From Eledone cirrhosa (Eukaryota), in assembly GCA_964016885.1 (NCBI GenBank), contig OZ024745.1, forward strand, positions 109,058,001 through 109,122,000: a DNA stretch of 64,000 nucleotides, given 5' to 3'. Under the pieces are notes generated by a model. That model did no database searches and had not been told where the DNA came from. It worked only from the letters and a program-made list of their open reading frames with translations. The position numbers were made by a program, and so were the translations under genes. Positions 1-11,609 of the stretch are shown here, one piece after another (the first letter of the stretch is position 1; every line of letters starts with the position of its first letter).

Positions 1-274
1 TCATATGATACGCCAATAGTGTGTCTCTTGCTTTAACAAGTATTTCAAAGTCTGCTGAAAATCATTGTGTACTACGTTTCTGGCTGCTAATATCAATCCA
101 TGGTACGGGTATGGTCAGGCACTAAATACGCTACACGAGAATTTCTGTGAGTGTGTATTGAATATTTTGGTGTTCTGTAGAAAAAATACCACATATATAT
201 ATATAAAATTACATTTATAAAAAAAAAGCCTTCGTGAGCCCCTTTTTTATTAAGTAAAAAAGAAATTCAAACAA

Positions 275-430
275 ACTGGCGCGAAAGCTGATGTGCTTAT
301 TCACGTGACTGCATCAACCAACCAAACTTCACTCATATATGAAAAAATAACCAGAGTCCCCCCCCCCTTGTTTGAAGAACTTTGTAACGCGAACTGGCGC
401 GAAAATTATTATACTTATTGACCAACCAAT
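275..430. promoter_or_regulatory. Possible promoter-like motif cluster (two E2F-like sites, E-box, CCAAT)
   Basis: ACTGGCGCGAAA at 275-286 and 393-404 (TTTCGCGC on minus), TCACGTGA at 301-308, CCAAT at 426-430; no linked gene seen. Confidence 0.2.
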
Positions 431-1189
431 CAAATTAATTCTCTAAAAACCTGGCGTTTCGAACCACTTTTTCCCATATGAAACAAGTAACATTCTAAGA
501 CCGACCAGATGTGAGAAAAACTACAGACTCTCCATCTCAGCTCTACTTTTAAAAAGCAGAAGAACTGCGAAACCGGTAAAGGAACCAAATAAATATATAT
601 ATATTTTTTTAAATATGACTCCAGTTGCATTTTCGATATATAAATATATAAATTCAGCGAGAATCGCATTTCGGCGGGTAGAAAAAGCGAAACGAAACGC
701 AAAAATCAGAATTATGCTGGCAAGAAAGCATTAACCACCTAAGCCAAAATCAAGCTAAACAGGTCAAAACAAAATAAATGATAAAAAAAAAACAGACCTG
801 GACCAATTGGAATTGATATAAAAATCTAAATGCAGGGTTTCTATGACACCTAAATCAAAATACTGTCTGCTTAAAATTACAAGCTTTAGGTATAATGATC
901 GAACAAGGAATATCACGTTATCAACAGGTATTTTGCTCTGTACCAAATTTGTGAATTGACATAAAGCTTCGTAAAAGCACGTGTGTAATTCACAAGGGGA
1001 AAAACTCCAGATTTTGGCAAATGAATTCAGTATGTGTATATCATGTAAAAAATTGCATAAATAGCACAAATCGAATAAGCACTCAACCGAGTAGTTTTTA
1101 AAATAAACTTATGCAATTAATCTGTCAATATAATTATTAACAGGTTAATTGTAAGACTCGGGAGATTAATACAAATATAAATTCAGCGA

Positions 1190-1253
<64 letters not shown>

Positions 1254-1255
<2 letters not shown>

Positions 1256-1357
1256 GGAACAACGTGAAATGAAGTGTTTTGTTCAAGAACAAAACACGCA
1301 ACCCAGTCCAAGAATCGACCAACGACATTTTGATCGTAAGTCAAATACCCTTACCTT
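1254..1357 (-). mobile_element. tRNA-derived SINE fragment (third family)
   Basis: Similar to 33140-33275 and 61740-61850 (GCAACGTGAAAT..GTCTTGCTCAAG..GGAATCGAAC, B-box on minus). Confidence 0.55.
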
Positions 1358-1371
1358 CAGTTGGCAAAAAT

Positions 1372-1545
1372 GTGTTGTACTTGTAATTCAAAGGGCAAGT
1401 TTTGTCACATAATATGTAACGCTGAATCTTCCTGAGAATTACATTAATGGTGCTCAGTAACTTTCACATTAATTCTCTTGAACAGGCAATTCCGTTCTTT
1501 GAACTACTGGAACACTCGTTGTCAGATTAACTGGAGGTCTAACAC
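1372..1545 (+). repeat. Dispersed repeat fragment
   Basis: Aligns with 37130-37210 plus 37640-37675 (GTTGTAC..CAAAGGGC..ACGCTGAAT..CCTGAGAA..ACTGGAA). Confidence 0.55.
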
Positions 1546-1601
1546 TGTGGACACACATATGCATGTGTGTTTGTCTGTGTGCTAATTTTAATTTAACTAA
1601 C

Positions 1602-1701
<100 letters not shown>

Positions 1702-1829
1702 TCATTAGTTAAGCAAAACAAGACCACAAACTTCACAAGGAAGACATTATTAAAAGATTGTCAACATATTTCAGTTTGATGTAAGGAATGTATAGAATAA
1801 TAATAATAATATTAATAATAATAATGTCC

Positions 1830-1866
<37 letters not shown>

Positions 1867-1948
1867 CGTGTGTGTATGTGTGTGTGTGTGTATAGAAAGA
1901 GTGAAGCATAACATGATCAACAACTGGATTACCTATAACGATATTTTG

Positions 1949-2033
<85 letters not shown>

Positions 2034-2067
2034 TATATATATATATATATATGTATACATATATATA

Positions 2068-2230
2068 TATATTTAATTAGAAAGTCAACAACACAATATA
2101 TATCCATTCCATTACCAAAGGTTTCAGGACCCTAGACAATATTAACATACGTCTAGATCGTTCTAGTAGTTATATATTGTGTTGTTCACTTTCTAATTAA
2201 ATATATCTGTTCTATACATAGAGCACTCTT
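2068..2230. mobile_element. Foldback Penelope-like pLTR remnant (family M)
   Basis: Inverted arms 2068-2102 and 2171-2206; loop contains a 3' hammerhead half on minus (GAAA-CCTTTGG-TA); lies between (TA)n tracts. Confidence 0.5.
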
Positions 2231-2261
2231 TTTTCCTTTGCTTTTTCTTCGAAAATACTTA

Positions 2262-2351
<90 letters not shown>

Positions 2352-2359
<8 letters not shown>

Positions 2360-2548
2360 CAAATTTAATATAGAAATGTCTTCTACAGATAAATCATCAG
2401 GAAATCATCAGGAAATGGCTTTCCTAATGATTTCCTTCGAATGGAATAGTTCTAGTTTTGTAGACATTTCTATATTAAATTTGTTGTATACACTCTACTA
2501 ATGTATTGAGTACTTTACTTACTGTGGTTACCCCCGATTGAACCCGGG
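2352..2548 (+). mobile_element. Foldback Penelope-like pLTR remnant (family B), degenerate hammerhead
   Basis: Inverted arms plus tail CACTCTACTAATGTATTGAGTAC..GATTGAACCCGGG shared with 11390-11585 and 39745-39931; (TA)n on both sides. Confidence 0.7.
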
Positions 2549-2552
2549 TCTC

Positions 2553-2583
<31 letters not shown>

Positions 2584-2689
2584 TTCATCCATACAGGTTT
2601 ATATACATAAGGCGTTGTCTTGGTTTTACTTCAGATAATATTAGAAGTGTTTAACCAAGTCAATCCTAATGATAAGTAGGTGTTATAAA

Positions 2690-2930
2690 CTCCATACTCA
2701 ATTTACATTGTTCATTGAGGTAAGGAAGTATTTGTTGGGGAAATATATCCGGCATTTGGCCGTTTGTCTGGAATTGTGAAGAGGAATTTTTCAGGATAGA
2801 ATTTTAATATGTTGGGGAATTTGCACTGTGATTAATGTTTTCTAGAAGACTGATTATATGAATTCTTTTTCGTGTATGTGTAAATTTACACTCTAATTTA
2901 TATATCGTCTGCCATCTCTGACATGGATTA
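2690..2930 (-). pseudogene. Highly decayed LINE ORF2 C-terminus (CR1/L2-like)
   Basis: Minus frame reads EKFLFTIPDKRPNAGYISP, resembling the LDKFL.TIPD.P..PGY terminus of invertebrate LINEs; many stops. Confidence 0.3.
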
Positions 2931-3524
2931 TAAAATATTCACTGCATTATAAAACATTGATTGTGGCGGCTTTGTTTCATTAGATTGATACACTTTATTC
3001 TACAAGTTTCTATACATTCCATATAGGAATATAAGTGTATATATAATACCGAGAGTTCAAAATAAATTTAAATCATTTGTATTTGTCTTACGCACGTTTC
3101 CACAAATAAATTGTAAAGATACGGTTAGTTACAGATTATCAGTTAAGCAAGATTCCAGTATTTGGAAGTAGATCCATATAATAGGAATGGGATATACAAT
3201 CAAATAATTTCAGTCCAATACATATTTATTTCATCTCATCTGTTTCGTTAGAGAAAAATAATTTTTAATTATACATCAAATTTCGGAGAAACAAATCTCC
3301 TATGGAAGGAACGTCTGAATAAGACAATGACATACTAATAACTGGAATAATCCCAATGTTAATTGAGCCATCAAAATAAGGGGCGCTTGATTTAAAGATA
3401 AAATGATATGGATGGATGATTACACCTTGGATTAATCGGTTCAAAGAAACACATTAAGCTAAAACATTTCTTAGCATAAATTTACCAATTTTGATCTTTC
3501 AACCAATTAGTCTCGTTAATATAT

Positions 3525-3835
3525 ATTTTGGTTGTTCCGTCTTGTCAGAAGAGTTACATATCTTCGTTGAACACTGCACGACCATGTGCATGCATGTGGC
3601 TTTGCGGTGAAGTTTCTGTCCTTCAAGAATGTTTACTGATGTGGCACTTGAACTATCTGTCTCCTGGCGTCACTGGTTCAGTTGCGTCTTCACCGTGAAC
3701 GTGCTTGCAGGACAGAAACTGGGCTGAAAATCCACATGCATATACATAACCGTGCAGTGTTCAATGAAGAGATGGTACTCTTCTGACACCTGTACTGTCT
3801 GTCTCCTGGCATCACTGGTTGGATTGCATTTTCTT
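3525..3835 (-). mobile_element. Two RTE-like LINE 3' end fragments, one partly inverted
   Basis: C2H2-like remnants FKCHISKHS*RTETSPQSHMHAH (minus) and RERACRTETGLKIHMHIH (plus); direct repeat 3655-3690/3795-3830. Confidence 0.5.
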
Positions 3836-3857
3836 GTATTTTACCATATCTGGCCAG

Positions 3858-3966
3858 ACCCGTAAGGATGAAAGGCAAAGCTAACCTCGGTGGGATTTGA
3901 ACATAATACGTAAAGGGCCATGCTAAAAAGCATGGTTTCTGGCGCTCCATCGATACTGCCAATCCA
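3858..3966 (-). mobile_element. tRNA-head SINE with Meta-like core, partial
   Basis: Matches the consensus of the dominant SINE in this window. Confidence 0.75.
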
Positions 3967-4548
3967 ACGATATTGCTAATAATAACACCTACTTACCAAA
4001 TATTACTATACAGACTTTACTAAAGATGAGGTAACAACTGACAATGTTCATCAAACTCGTGATAATCGGACCTTCTCCTAAATAATACTTCTTCAATACA
4101 TATACACCCATAATCGTAGATTATCAGTATATCAACAATGTGCAGATTGAGAATACTAATATATACGTATTTTTATTGATAAGCGCTCAAAGTTCAAAGT
4201 TAATTTAACATCTATAGATACTAAGTAACGACCTTCTCTGTTCCTTATTATTTATGTCATAAAGATAAGTCAACCAAAAGAATTGAATGAACACATCCCA
4301 TCATGTAATGCTAACTAGAGAGTTTTGTGCTGAATTTAAATGTCAGCTGGGCGTTGAGGGAATAATATCAAAGTCCACGCAATACATATCACACGTTGAA
4401 CAAATGATTACACAATAGCTGTCTAATGAGGACGTATCTATTATATAACAGATACCACTGAAATATATATAACAGTCGTAAACTAAGAAATAAAATGATG
4501 TAAGATTCAAATATACTGACGTCTACATTATTATTATAATTATTATTA

Positions 4549-4600
<52 letters not shown>

Positions 4601-4603
<3 letters not shown>

Positions 4604-4675
4604 CTAGCTGTCGAAACTGATGTAGCTGTCGAAACGGCCGGTGCTCAGCCGTCGGGGTCCTGAATCTTTTCATAT
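4601..4675 (+). mobile_element. Family C pLTR fragment (3' hammerhead-like half)
   Basis: GCTGTCGAAACGG..GCTCAGCCGTCGGGGTC shared with 17253, 23940, 28235, 28572, 39531, 42743 and 50781. Confidence 0.6.
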
Positions 4676-4780
4676 ATATCTATATTTTTTCCTTTTCACT
4701 TCATAAACCTTGTTTGTATATAACATTATTCTTTCTGCACCTTCTGTTTAACATGTGCGACACCACACTAATACATTTCA

Positions 4781-4822
4781 CTATCATTTGATAATGCATA
4801 AAAATGCTGAAACCGGTAATAG
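4781..4822 (+). ncRNA. Hammerhead-like motif, U3-A8 core variant
   Basis: TTGATAA (4788-4794), stem II GCAT/ATGC, GAAA, palindromic CCGG, TA; stem I weak. Confidence 0.5.
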
Positions 4823-5010
4823 ACAATAATTAAATATATAAATAGATAAATAAATGCCATTGTTAAATAATAAATAAATCAACTAATACCTTAACACTTC
4901 ACACAAAGTAAAACATTTAGTTTTAATCATTTTCTAACCCAGAAAAAAGAGAGAGACAAAAAAGGAAAATTATATATTTTTCTTCCTAATAATCGTCTCT
5001 TTCTCCCTGT

Positions 5011-5079
<69 letters not shown>

Positions 5080-5096
5080 CCAGTCAAGCCTGAAAG

Positions 5097-5288
5097 GCCA
5101 GAGAATGCTAGCCCTGGTGTTTGCATAGCTACGGCTTCCTAAAACCGTGTTTCTTTAGAAATACGAAATTTCTATACATATTTGTATAAAGCTATGCTTG
5201 AAGCTAAATCTTAATTTCGTATTTCTAAAGAAACACGCTTTTAGGAAGCCGTAGCTATGCAAACACCGGGGCTAACGTTTTCTGGCCT
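5097..5288. repeat. Foldback element (family D), about 75-bp inverted arms, in (TA)n
   Basis: GGCCAGAGAATGCTAGCCC..AATACGAAATT versus its reverse complement at 5213-5288. Confidence 0.75.
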
Positions 5289-5462
5289 ATTTATATATAT
5301 ATATATTGTTACACTTTGGGAGGGTCATGTTGCCAATAAGAAACACACGCGCCAGTTGCTTTCACTTCAATCTATTATAGTAAATTTATAAATTTAGGAA
5401 TTTATAAATTTCCGGTTGGTTGGTTGGTTGGTTGGTTCCACAACCAGATGGTTGTATATATT

Positions 5463-5505
5463 GTCAAAGTTCTTTCGTCACACATTCTGTGACCTCTTCA
5501 GTGAC
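5463..5505 (-). ncRNA. Minimal type-I hammerhead ribozyme motif
   Basis: Minus strand: GTCA-CTGAAGA-G-GTCACA gaatg TGTGAC-GAAA-GAAC-TT-TGAC. Confidence 0.7.
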
Positions 5506-5706
5506 TGGGTATTCTTTTCTTTGTTTTTTGTGCCTCTCCTTTGTTCTGTCCTACGCCATCTTGCTTTTATGTGTGTGTTGTGTGCTTAGTTTGCGCATGT
5601 GTTACATCGGGTGTCTGTGTGTGTTTATATTCGTTTATTTATTTGTTTATTTACATGTTACTGGTTGGCTGTTTGTTCTATGTGCGTGTGTGTTTTGATT
5701 TTGTCC

Positions 5707-6040
5707 TTAATTGTAAGTTGTGATGTTGCTGTTCCACTCATGTTTTCTATTTAATTTTGGTTGTAATTCATTTATGTTTATTGCCTCTGTGATTTGTCTA
5801 AACATTGCGTCTTTTCTGTGTGTAGATTCTATTTTTATTTCTATGTTCTCTAATTTAACCTTATGTTCTATTTTAGCATGTTGGTAGAGTACAGATGATT
5901 CTTTACTATCTTGAGGGTCTCGCCAGTGTTCCTTTATCCGTTCCCCTATACTACGAGCTGTCTCACCTATGTACACTATATTTTTATCTCTACATTATCC
6001 TTCAGTACATCTTATGCTATATACTACATTTCTAGTTATA
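5707..6040 (-). pseudogene. GIY-YIG endonuclease domain of a Penelope-like element (5'-truncated, one in-frame stop)
   Basis: NVVYSIRCTEG*CRDKNIVYIGETARSIGERIKEH..RQITEAININELQPKLNRKHEW. Confidence 0.85.
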
Positions 6041-6174
6041 TTGTAGGTATATGAATATTTTCATGCAACTTTCTGTTTTTTGCATTGATGAACTAATATA
6101 CTCAAAATGTCGGTATCCTATGTATACATGCCGTCTGTCTTTTTCTCTCGGTATGTAAGTGTATATGTATGTAA

Positions 6175-6218
<44 letters not shown>

Positions 6219-6300
6219 ACTAGAAATTGGTTAACATATAAATATACATGAATAATCACAGGAGATAATTTTTACACGCGTGTAACCACGCATAGCTAGT
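6219..6300 (+). mobile_element. Possible mini Helitron/Helentron-like element
   Basis: GCGTG/CACGC hairpin followed closely by CTAG then T; begins ACTAG. Confidence 0.3.
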
Positions 6301-6367
6301 TTGGGTAATAATTAATTATGACATGACACCCATAATTTCGATTTGGATTAAATTCATTTAATTTATC

Positions 6368-6459
<92 letters not shown>

Positions 6460-6545
6460 TCTTTTACTCTTTTACTCTTTTACCTGTTCCAGCCATTCGG
6501 CTGAGGCCAGGGAGCTTCCAACAGTAATGGTCGCATTCTTTAAGG

Positions 6546-6686
6546 GTATGTCAATATTTATTTATAAAACTGCTCTATATTATATTTTATCTGATGAAAG
6601 CACACCATAATTTAACTTGGTGTCCTTCAAATATGTATAATGAAATAAATATGGTTTTATAAATATAGTTTCCATTTGTTAATATC
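6546..6686 (+). mobile_element. Family A pLTR fragment with mutated hammerhead
   Basis: TATTTTAT-CTGATGA (6591)-stem-CAAA (GAAA mutated)-TATGTA-TA-ATGAAATA; homologous to 17404-17535. Confidence 0.65.
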
Positions 6687-6693
6687 GTATATA

Positions 6694-6824
<131 letters not shown>

Positions 6825-6844
6825 GTATATATATACATATACAT

Positions 6845-6958
6845 AAGTTAATCAGGGCATCACCGAAGAGGTAAGTGCTCGTCTTCAGCCCTTTCAAACG
6901 TGTCCACCATACTATCTCTTTCGCCATGGCCACCAGACAGATAAAAACTGCCTGCCTG
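6845..6958 (-). mobile_element. Tx1/L1-clade LINE ORF2 C-terminal fragment
   Basis: [24 protein letters not shown], same family as 45428 and 50015. Confidence 0.75.
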
Positions 6959-7397
6959 CATCTAGCGGCAACATTTAGCCTATCACCCTGTCCTGGGTAG
7001 AACGAAAACCTGTTGATGAATTGAATCCTCTGTTCGATCATGAATACCACGAGCTTGCCAGTCACGTAAGTCTGATATTTGATTTCGGATTCAAAGAAAC
7101 ACTTTAAACGTATCATCGTTTGATTTGTCCATGTGTATTTTTCTCAACCTGTTAGTTCTATCGTTACTTTGGTATATTATTGTGTGTTAGATTTTGCCTA
7201 CCACAATGTTCGATTTGTCAAGCTATTTAAACGTATGTTATTACTCTAAGGACCTACCTTATCGAGTGCTTTGCTAACTCATCATTTCATATAAGTAGGC
7301 TGAATTTGCTTGCAAACCGCCAGAGATTCGATTTTACTAAATTTCCAATTATATATATATTAATAATTATATATATATTAATAATTTCCAATTATAT

Positions 7398-7554
7398 ATC
7401 TTCTGTTTCAGAAGATCCGTTAAGGGTGAAAGCAGCGATTCTTTGCTTAAACTTTGATCTGTTATTTTAATAAATATTTGCTCTACGGTTCTTATATATT
7501 TGATATATATTTATCCTTATGGAGCCCTCTTTTGGTCTTCAAATTTATTAGTAT

Positions 7555-7558
<4 letters not shown>
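7398..7558 (+). mobile_element. Family E pLTR-like fragment
   Basis: Homologous to the foldback at 60735-60938; CAGAAGA-stem-GAAA hammerhead-like but non-canonical. Confidence 0.55.
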
Positions 7559-7624
<66 letters not shown>

Positions 7625-7642
7625 TATATATGTGTTTGTATG

Positions 7643-7695
<53 letters not shown>

Positions 7696-7932
7696 AGGTA
7701 TGTATGTATGCCTGTATGTGTGTATTTGAAGGTATATGTGCAGCATATTCGAGAGTGGAACATGTGTGTTTTCCTCTAATTGACTTGAAAATAAAGTTAA
7801 AAACAATTTATTTGCAGCAACTACAAACGAATTTTTTGTTTAAAAGCATGAGAAAATGAAATACAATACGAAGACTTTGGTAAAGCAGATATCATAGAAA
7901 TTGTGAGACGTGTTCTTACTGTTTATTATTGT

Positions 7933-8068
7933 AGTGGTGTCGGTTTGGTTGTTGTGGTGATGATGATGGTGGTGGTGGCTGGAGTGGTGATAGTGGTGGT
8001 GTTGGTGTTGTTGTTGTTGTTGGTGGTGGTGATGGTGGTGGCTGGAGTGGTGATGGTGGTGGTGTTGG

Positions 8069-8123
<55 letters not shown>

Positions 8124-8281
8124 GGTGGTGGTGATGGTGCTGGCTGGAGTGGTGATGGTGGTGGTGTTGGTGTTGTTGTTGTGTGTTGTTGTTGTTGTTG
8201 GTGGTGGTGGTGATGGTGGTGGTGGTGGTGGTGGTGGTGGTGGTGGTGGTGGTGGTTGTGGTGGCTGGAGTGGTGATGGTG

Positions 8282-8313
<32 letters not shown>

Positions 8314-9625
8314 GGTGGTGGTGATGGTGGTGATGGTGGTGGTGGTGATGTTGCTTTTGGTGGTGTTTGTGGTGGTGGGGGGGTTCTTGGTGGCGTTGTT
8401 GGGGATGATGGTAGTGGTGGGGTGGGGTGTGGTGGGGTGTGTGATGTTGTTGCTATTGCTGTGGTGGTGTTTGTGGCTATTGGTGTCATGTCGTGTCGTG
8501 TCGGGGGTGGTGGTGTTACTTCTGTTGCTGTTGGTGGTGGTGATGTTGCTATTACTGCCATGGTGATGATGTTGGTAGCTGTTAGTGATGATGTTGCTAT
8601 GCCTGCAGCGATCGTGGTATTGTTGTTGTTGGTGGTGGTGGTGGTTGTGGTGGTGGTGGTGGTTGTGTTGGTAAGGTTCTGGTGGTGATGGCGGTGGTGG
8701 TGGTAGTCCTACTAATGGCAGTAGTGGTGGTGATGGCGGCGGTGGTGGTAGTCCTTCTAATGGCAGTAGTGGTGGTGATGGCAGCGGTGGTGGTAGTCCT
8801 GCTAATGGCAGTAGTGGTGGTGATGGCGGCGGTGGCGGTAGTGGTGGTGATGGCGGCGGTGGTGTTGGTGGTGGTGGAGGTGATGATGGCGGCGGTGGTG
8901 GTAGTCCTGCTAATTGCAGTAGTGGTGGTGATGGCGGCGGTGGTGGTAGTCCTGCTAATGGCAGTAGTGGTGGTGATGGCGGCGGTGGCGGTAGTGGTGG
9001 TGATGGCGGCGGTGGTGTTGGTGGTGGTGGAGGTGATGATAGCGGCGGTGGTGGTTGTCATGCTAACGGCCGTAGTGGTGGTGATGGCGGCGGTGGTGGT
9101 GGTGGTGGTGGTGGTGGTGGTGGTGGTGGCAGCGGCGGCGGCGGTGATAAAAATGGTGGAAGTGTTTAGTGGTGATGGTTGTGATAGCAATAATAATAGA
9201 ATTATTTGGTCATGGTCATGCTGTAGGTGTTTAATGTTGGGACGGGTGGGTGGGTGGGTATTCGGTGGCGGGAGCTAAGATGTTGGTGGTGGCGGTTTGA
9301 TGGTGGGTGGGTTTGCTTGGTGATGGCAACGTTTGAGTATGGGATGGGGAGATGTTTGGTGTATGTGTGTGTGTGGAGGGGGGGATGATAGTAACGGCAG
9401 TAGGGAAGATGTTGGTGGTGATGCTGGGGTGTTTGCTGGTGATTGTTATAGCAATAGTAGAGGTGTTTAATGGCGATGATGATGATAATGATGGTGGTGT
9501 TGGTGGTGGTGGTGGTGGTGGTGTTGTTGGTGGTGGTGGTGGTGATAGATACTGCAGTAGTGGTCGTGGGGTGGGGGTAGTGATGGGGTGGTGCCGGAGA
9601 CTGTAGTAATGATGATGGGGGCGGT
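7933..9625. repeat. (GGT)n/(GTT)n low-complexity tract with 33-bp and about 120-bp higher-order units at 8685-9090
   Basis: Visible triplet repeats; recurring GTAGTCCTGCTAATGGCAGTA unit. Confidence 0.9.
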
Positions 9626-9929
9626 GAGGCTGACAAATCTCTGAACATAATATCTCCTGTTGGAAGACATTCAAAGCAACATCACAAAAGACTAAAAAGT
9701 ATAACTGCTGCCGATGGAGATGAATTTCCAAGTGAAAGGAGGTTATCTGTTGCTAGTCTGGAGAATAATTCTCTTCATAAAAAAAGAAAGAAGACAGGGC
9801 AACATAAAAAAAAAACATTTTATAAATGACGTTTAAAAGAATATATATATTTTTTCATAATGGCAGGAAATTTTGGTAGACTTCCATGAGTAATGCCAAA
9901 ACAAACAAACAACTAAATGAAATAAACAC

Positions 9930-10295
9930 AAGCGTGGCTGTGTGGTTAAGGAAAAGTTCACAACCACGAGGGTTCGGTTTCAGTCCCATTGCGTGGCATC
10001 ATGGGCAAGTACCTTTTATTATAACCTCGGATCGACAAATGTCTTGTGAATGATATTTGATAGATTGAGACATTGTGGAACCTTTGTAGCGCATCTGTGT
10101 GTATCTGTACCTGATTTTACGTTTACTGTTTCTTTATGTGCCGTGACTTAGCGGTTGGACAAACAGAAATCGATAAAGTAAGACCAGATTTAAAAACGAA
10201 ATAAATACTGGGTTCGGTATGATCAGCAAGAATTCATTAAAGACGGTGTCACAGCATGGTCACAGTTCTACAATTGAAACCCGTAAAAAGATATT
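9930..10295 (+). mobile_element. tRNA-derived SINE (second family, CORE-like)
   Basis: TGGCTGTGTGG A-box, B-box-like TTCAGTCCC, TGGGCAAGT core; related copies at 20835-20960, 32690-32840 (-) and 34880-35075 (-). Confidence 0.65.
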
Positions 10296-10709
10296 CCAAA
10301 AGTAACAAGGAAACAAAACTCGTCAGTACCTTCATCACTAACACCACCATCATCATCAACACAATTACCATTGCTACCACCATCTCTACCACTACCACCT
10401 ACATCATTATTACCACAACCACCATCATCACTACGGTGATTGTTGCTTTAGTTGTAATTTAGATCGCTGATCAATCCACGCCAATATAATCGAAGATGCT
10501 TCAATTATGATAATACCATTGGTCATTAGATTTTCCGCTTGTATTGGACTGTTTTTTCAGGCCTACTACATCTAGAAATACAACATTTGACTTACCTATA
10601 AACTAAATAAGCTGTAATTTAGGGTCACACATCCCCAGGGGCCTCATTAAAAAAAATATTTCTTTGTTTTATCATTAGTTTTATTCTTTAACACTAAATC
10701 ATCAAAAAT

Positions 10710-10741
<32 letters not shown>

Positions 10742-10742
<1 letters not shown>

Positions 10743-11353
10743 AGTGCTACTGGTAACATGTAACCCAGTACAAACTGTCGCATGGTCGGGTCGTCGGTGA
10801 CTAAACTTCCAACCCCACCAAGTTTACTTCGTGAGGAGGGTGATTTTGGACACCCTGCAGGACAAAAAAACAAAACCTGACAAAGGGCGGAAGAACTCAT
10901 AAGAGTCAACGGCCATCCAAAAGTGTGTAAATATGTATATACACATGTACATATGTATGTACATGTATATGTGTATATACATGGGTGCATGTGTATGTAT
11001 ATGCGCGGGGACATAGAAACAGTCGGGCTGGACACCCGATCACGCGGTTAAACCACTGGGAGTGAAGTACCCCTAGCCTTTGTCAGGGCATTCTTCTAGG
11101 AGAAGGCAACACAGGAAACTTGGATAACTCCGATTTAAAACCTGCGGCTCAGTAGTTACCGATGATGTTGATCTTTTCTTCTTTTCGGGTTATAGCTGCT
11201 GTCGCTCAGAGAGTGGGATTGGCTCAGTGCACAGTCTTTCCTCACTTTAAAAAATATCTTCACGCACAGGCATTGCACGATAGAATTAATTAATAATTAT
11301 TAATAATGGTATATCGTGCAATGGCCATACTCGATAACGAGGGGGCAGCCGTC

Positions 11354-11355
<2 letters not shown>
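10742..11355 (+). mobile_element. Non-autonomous RTE-derived element (5' UTR joined to 3' end)
   Basis: CTAGGAGAAGG..ACTCCGATTTAAAACC RTE-type 5' UTR motif; 3' hairpin CTCG..CGAG then GCAGCC; homologous to 17958-18235 and 40374-40782. Confidence 0.6.
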
Positions 11356-11384
<29 letters not shown>

Positions 11385-11473
11385 CGTAGGTCCCGGGTTG
11401 AGTCGGGGATAACCACAGTAAGTAAGGTACTCAATACATGGCAGAGTAATAATTTTTTATTTTATAGAAGGAG

Positions 11474-11520
11474 CTTCTACAGGATTAGTACTGTTTCATT
11501 CAGATGAAATCTTCAGGAAG
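11474..11520 (-). ncRNA. Type-I hammerhead motif
   Basis: Minus: CTTC-CTGAAGA-TTTCATCTGAAT-GAAA-CAGTACTAATCCTG-TA-GAAG. Confidence 0.6.
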
Positions 11521-11566
11521 TTCCTGAAGATTTCATCTGAATGAAACAGTACTAGTACTGTAGAAG
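11521..11566 (+). ncRNA. Type-I hammerhead motif
   Basis: TTC-CTGAAGA-TTTCATCTGAAT-GAAA-CAGTACTAGTACTG (palindrome)-TA-GAA. Confidence 0.6.
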
Positions 11567-11609
11567 CTCCTTCTATAAAATAAAATATATATATATATAT
11601 ATATATATA

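Larger units (their letters stand above)
5305..6045 (-). mobile_element. Penelope-like element 3' end (GIY-YIG remnant plus pLTR with hammerhead)
   Basis: GIY-YIG frame followed about 200 bp downstream on the same strand by a hammerhead motif. Confidence 0.8.
11390..11585 (-). mobile_element. Foldback family B with two back-to-back hammerheads
   Basis: Near-perfect palindrome centred near 11520 plus tail at 11390-11450; (TA)n flanks. Confidence 0.8.

Noticed and set aside
1469-1545. Apparent minus-strand terminal exon (CACAG|SVRPPVNLTTSVPVVQRTELPVQEN*)
   Set aside because: Lies within a dispersed repeat that also occurs at about 37130-37675.
5097-5288. Hammerhead in foldback family D (also families J and E)
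   Set aside because: GAAA-like segments exist but no acceptable core or stem I could be drawn; kept only as foldback repeats.
7903-9731. Mucin-like Thr/Pro-rich or Val/Gly-rich ORFs
   Set aside because: Triplet repeats open in several frames on both strands, with frame shifts between blocks and no signal peptide or splice context.
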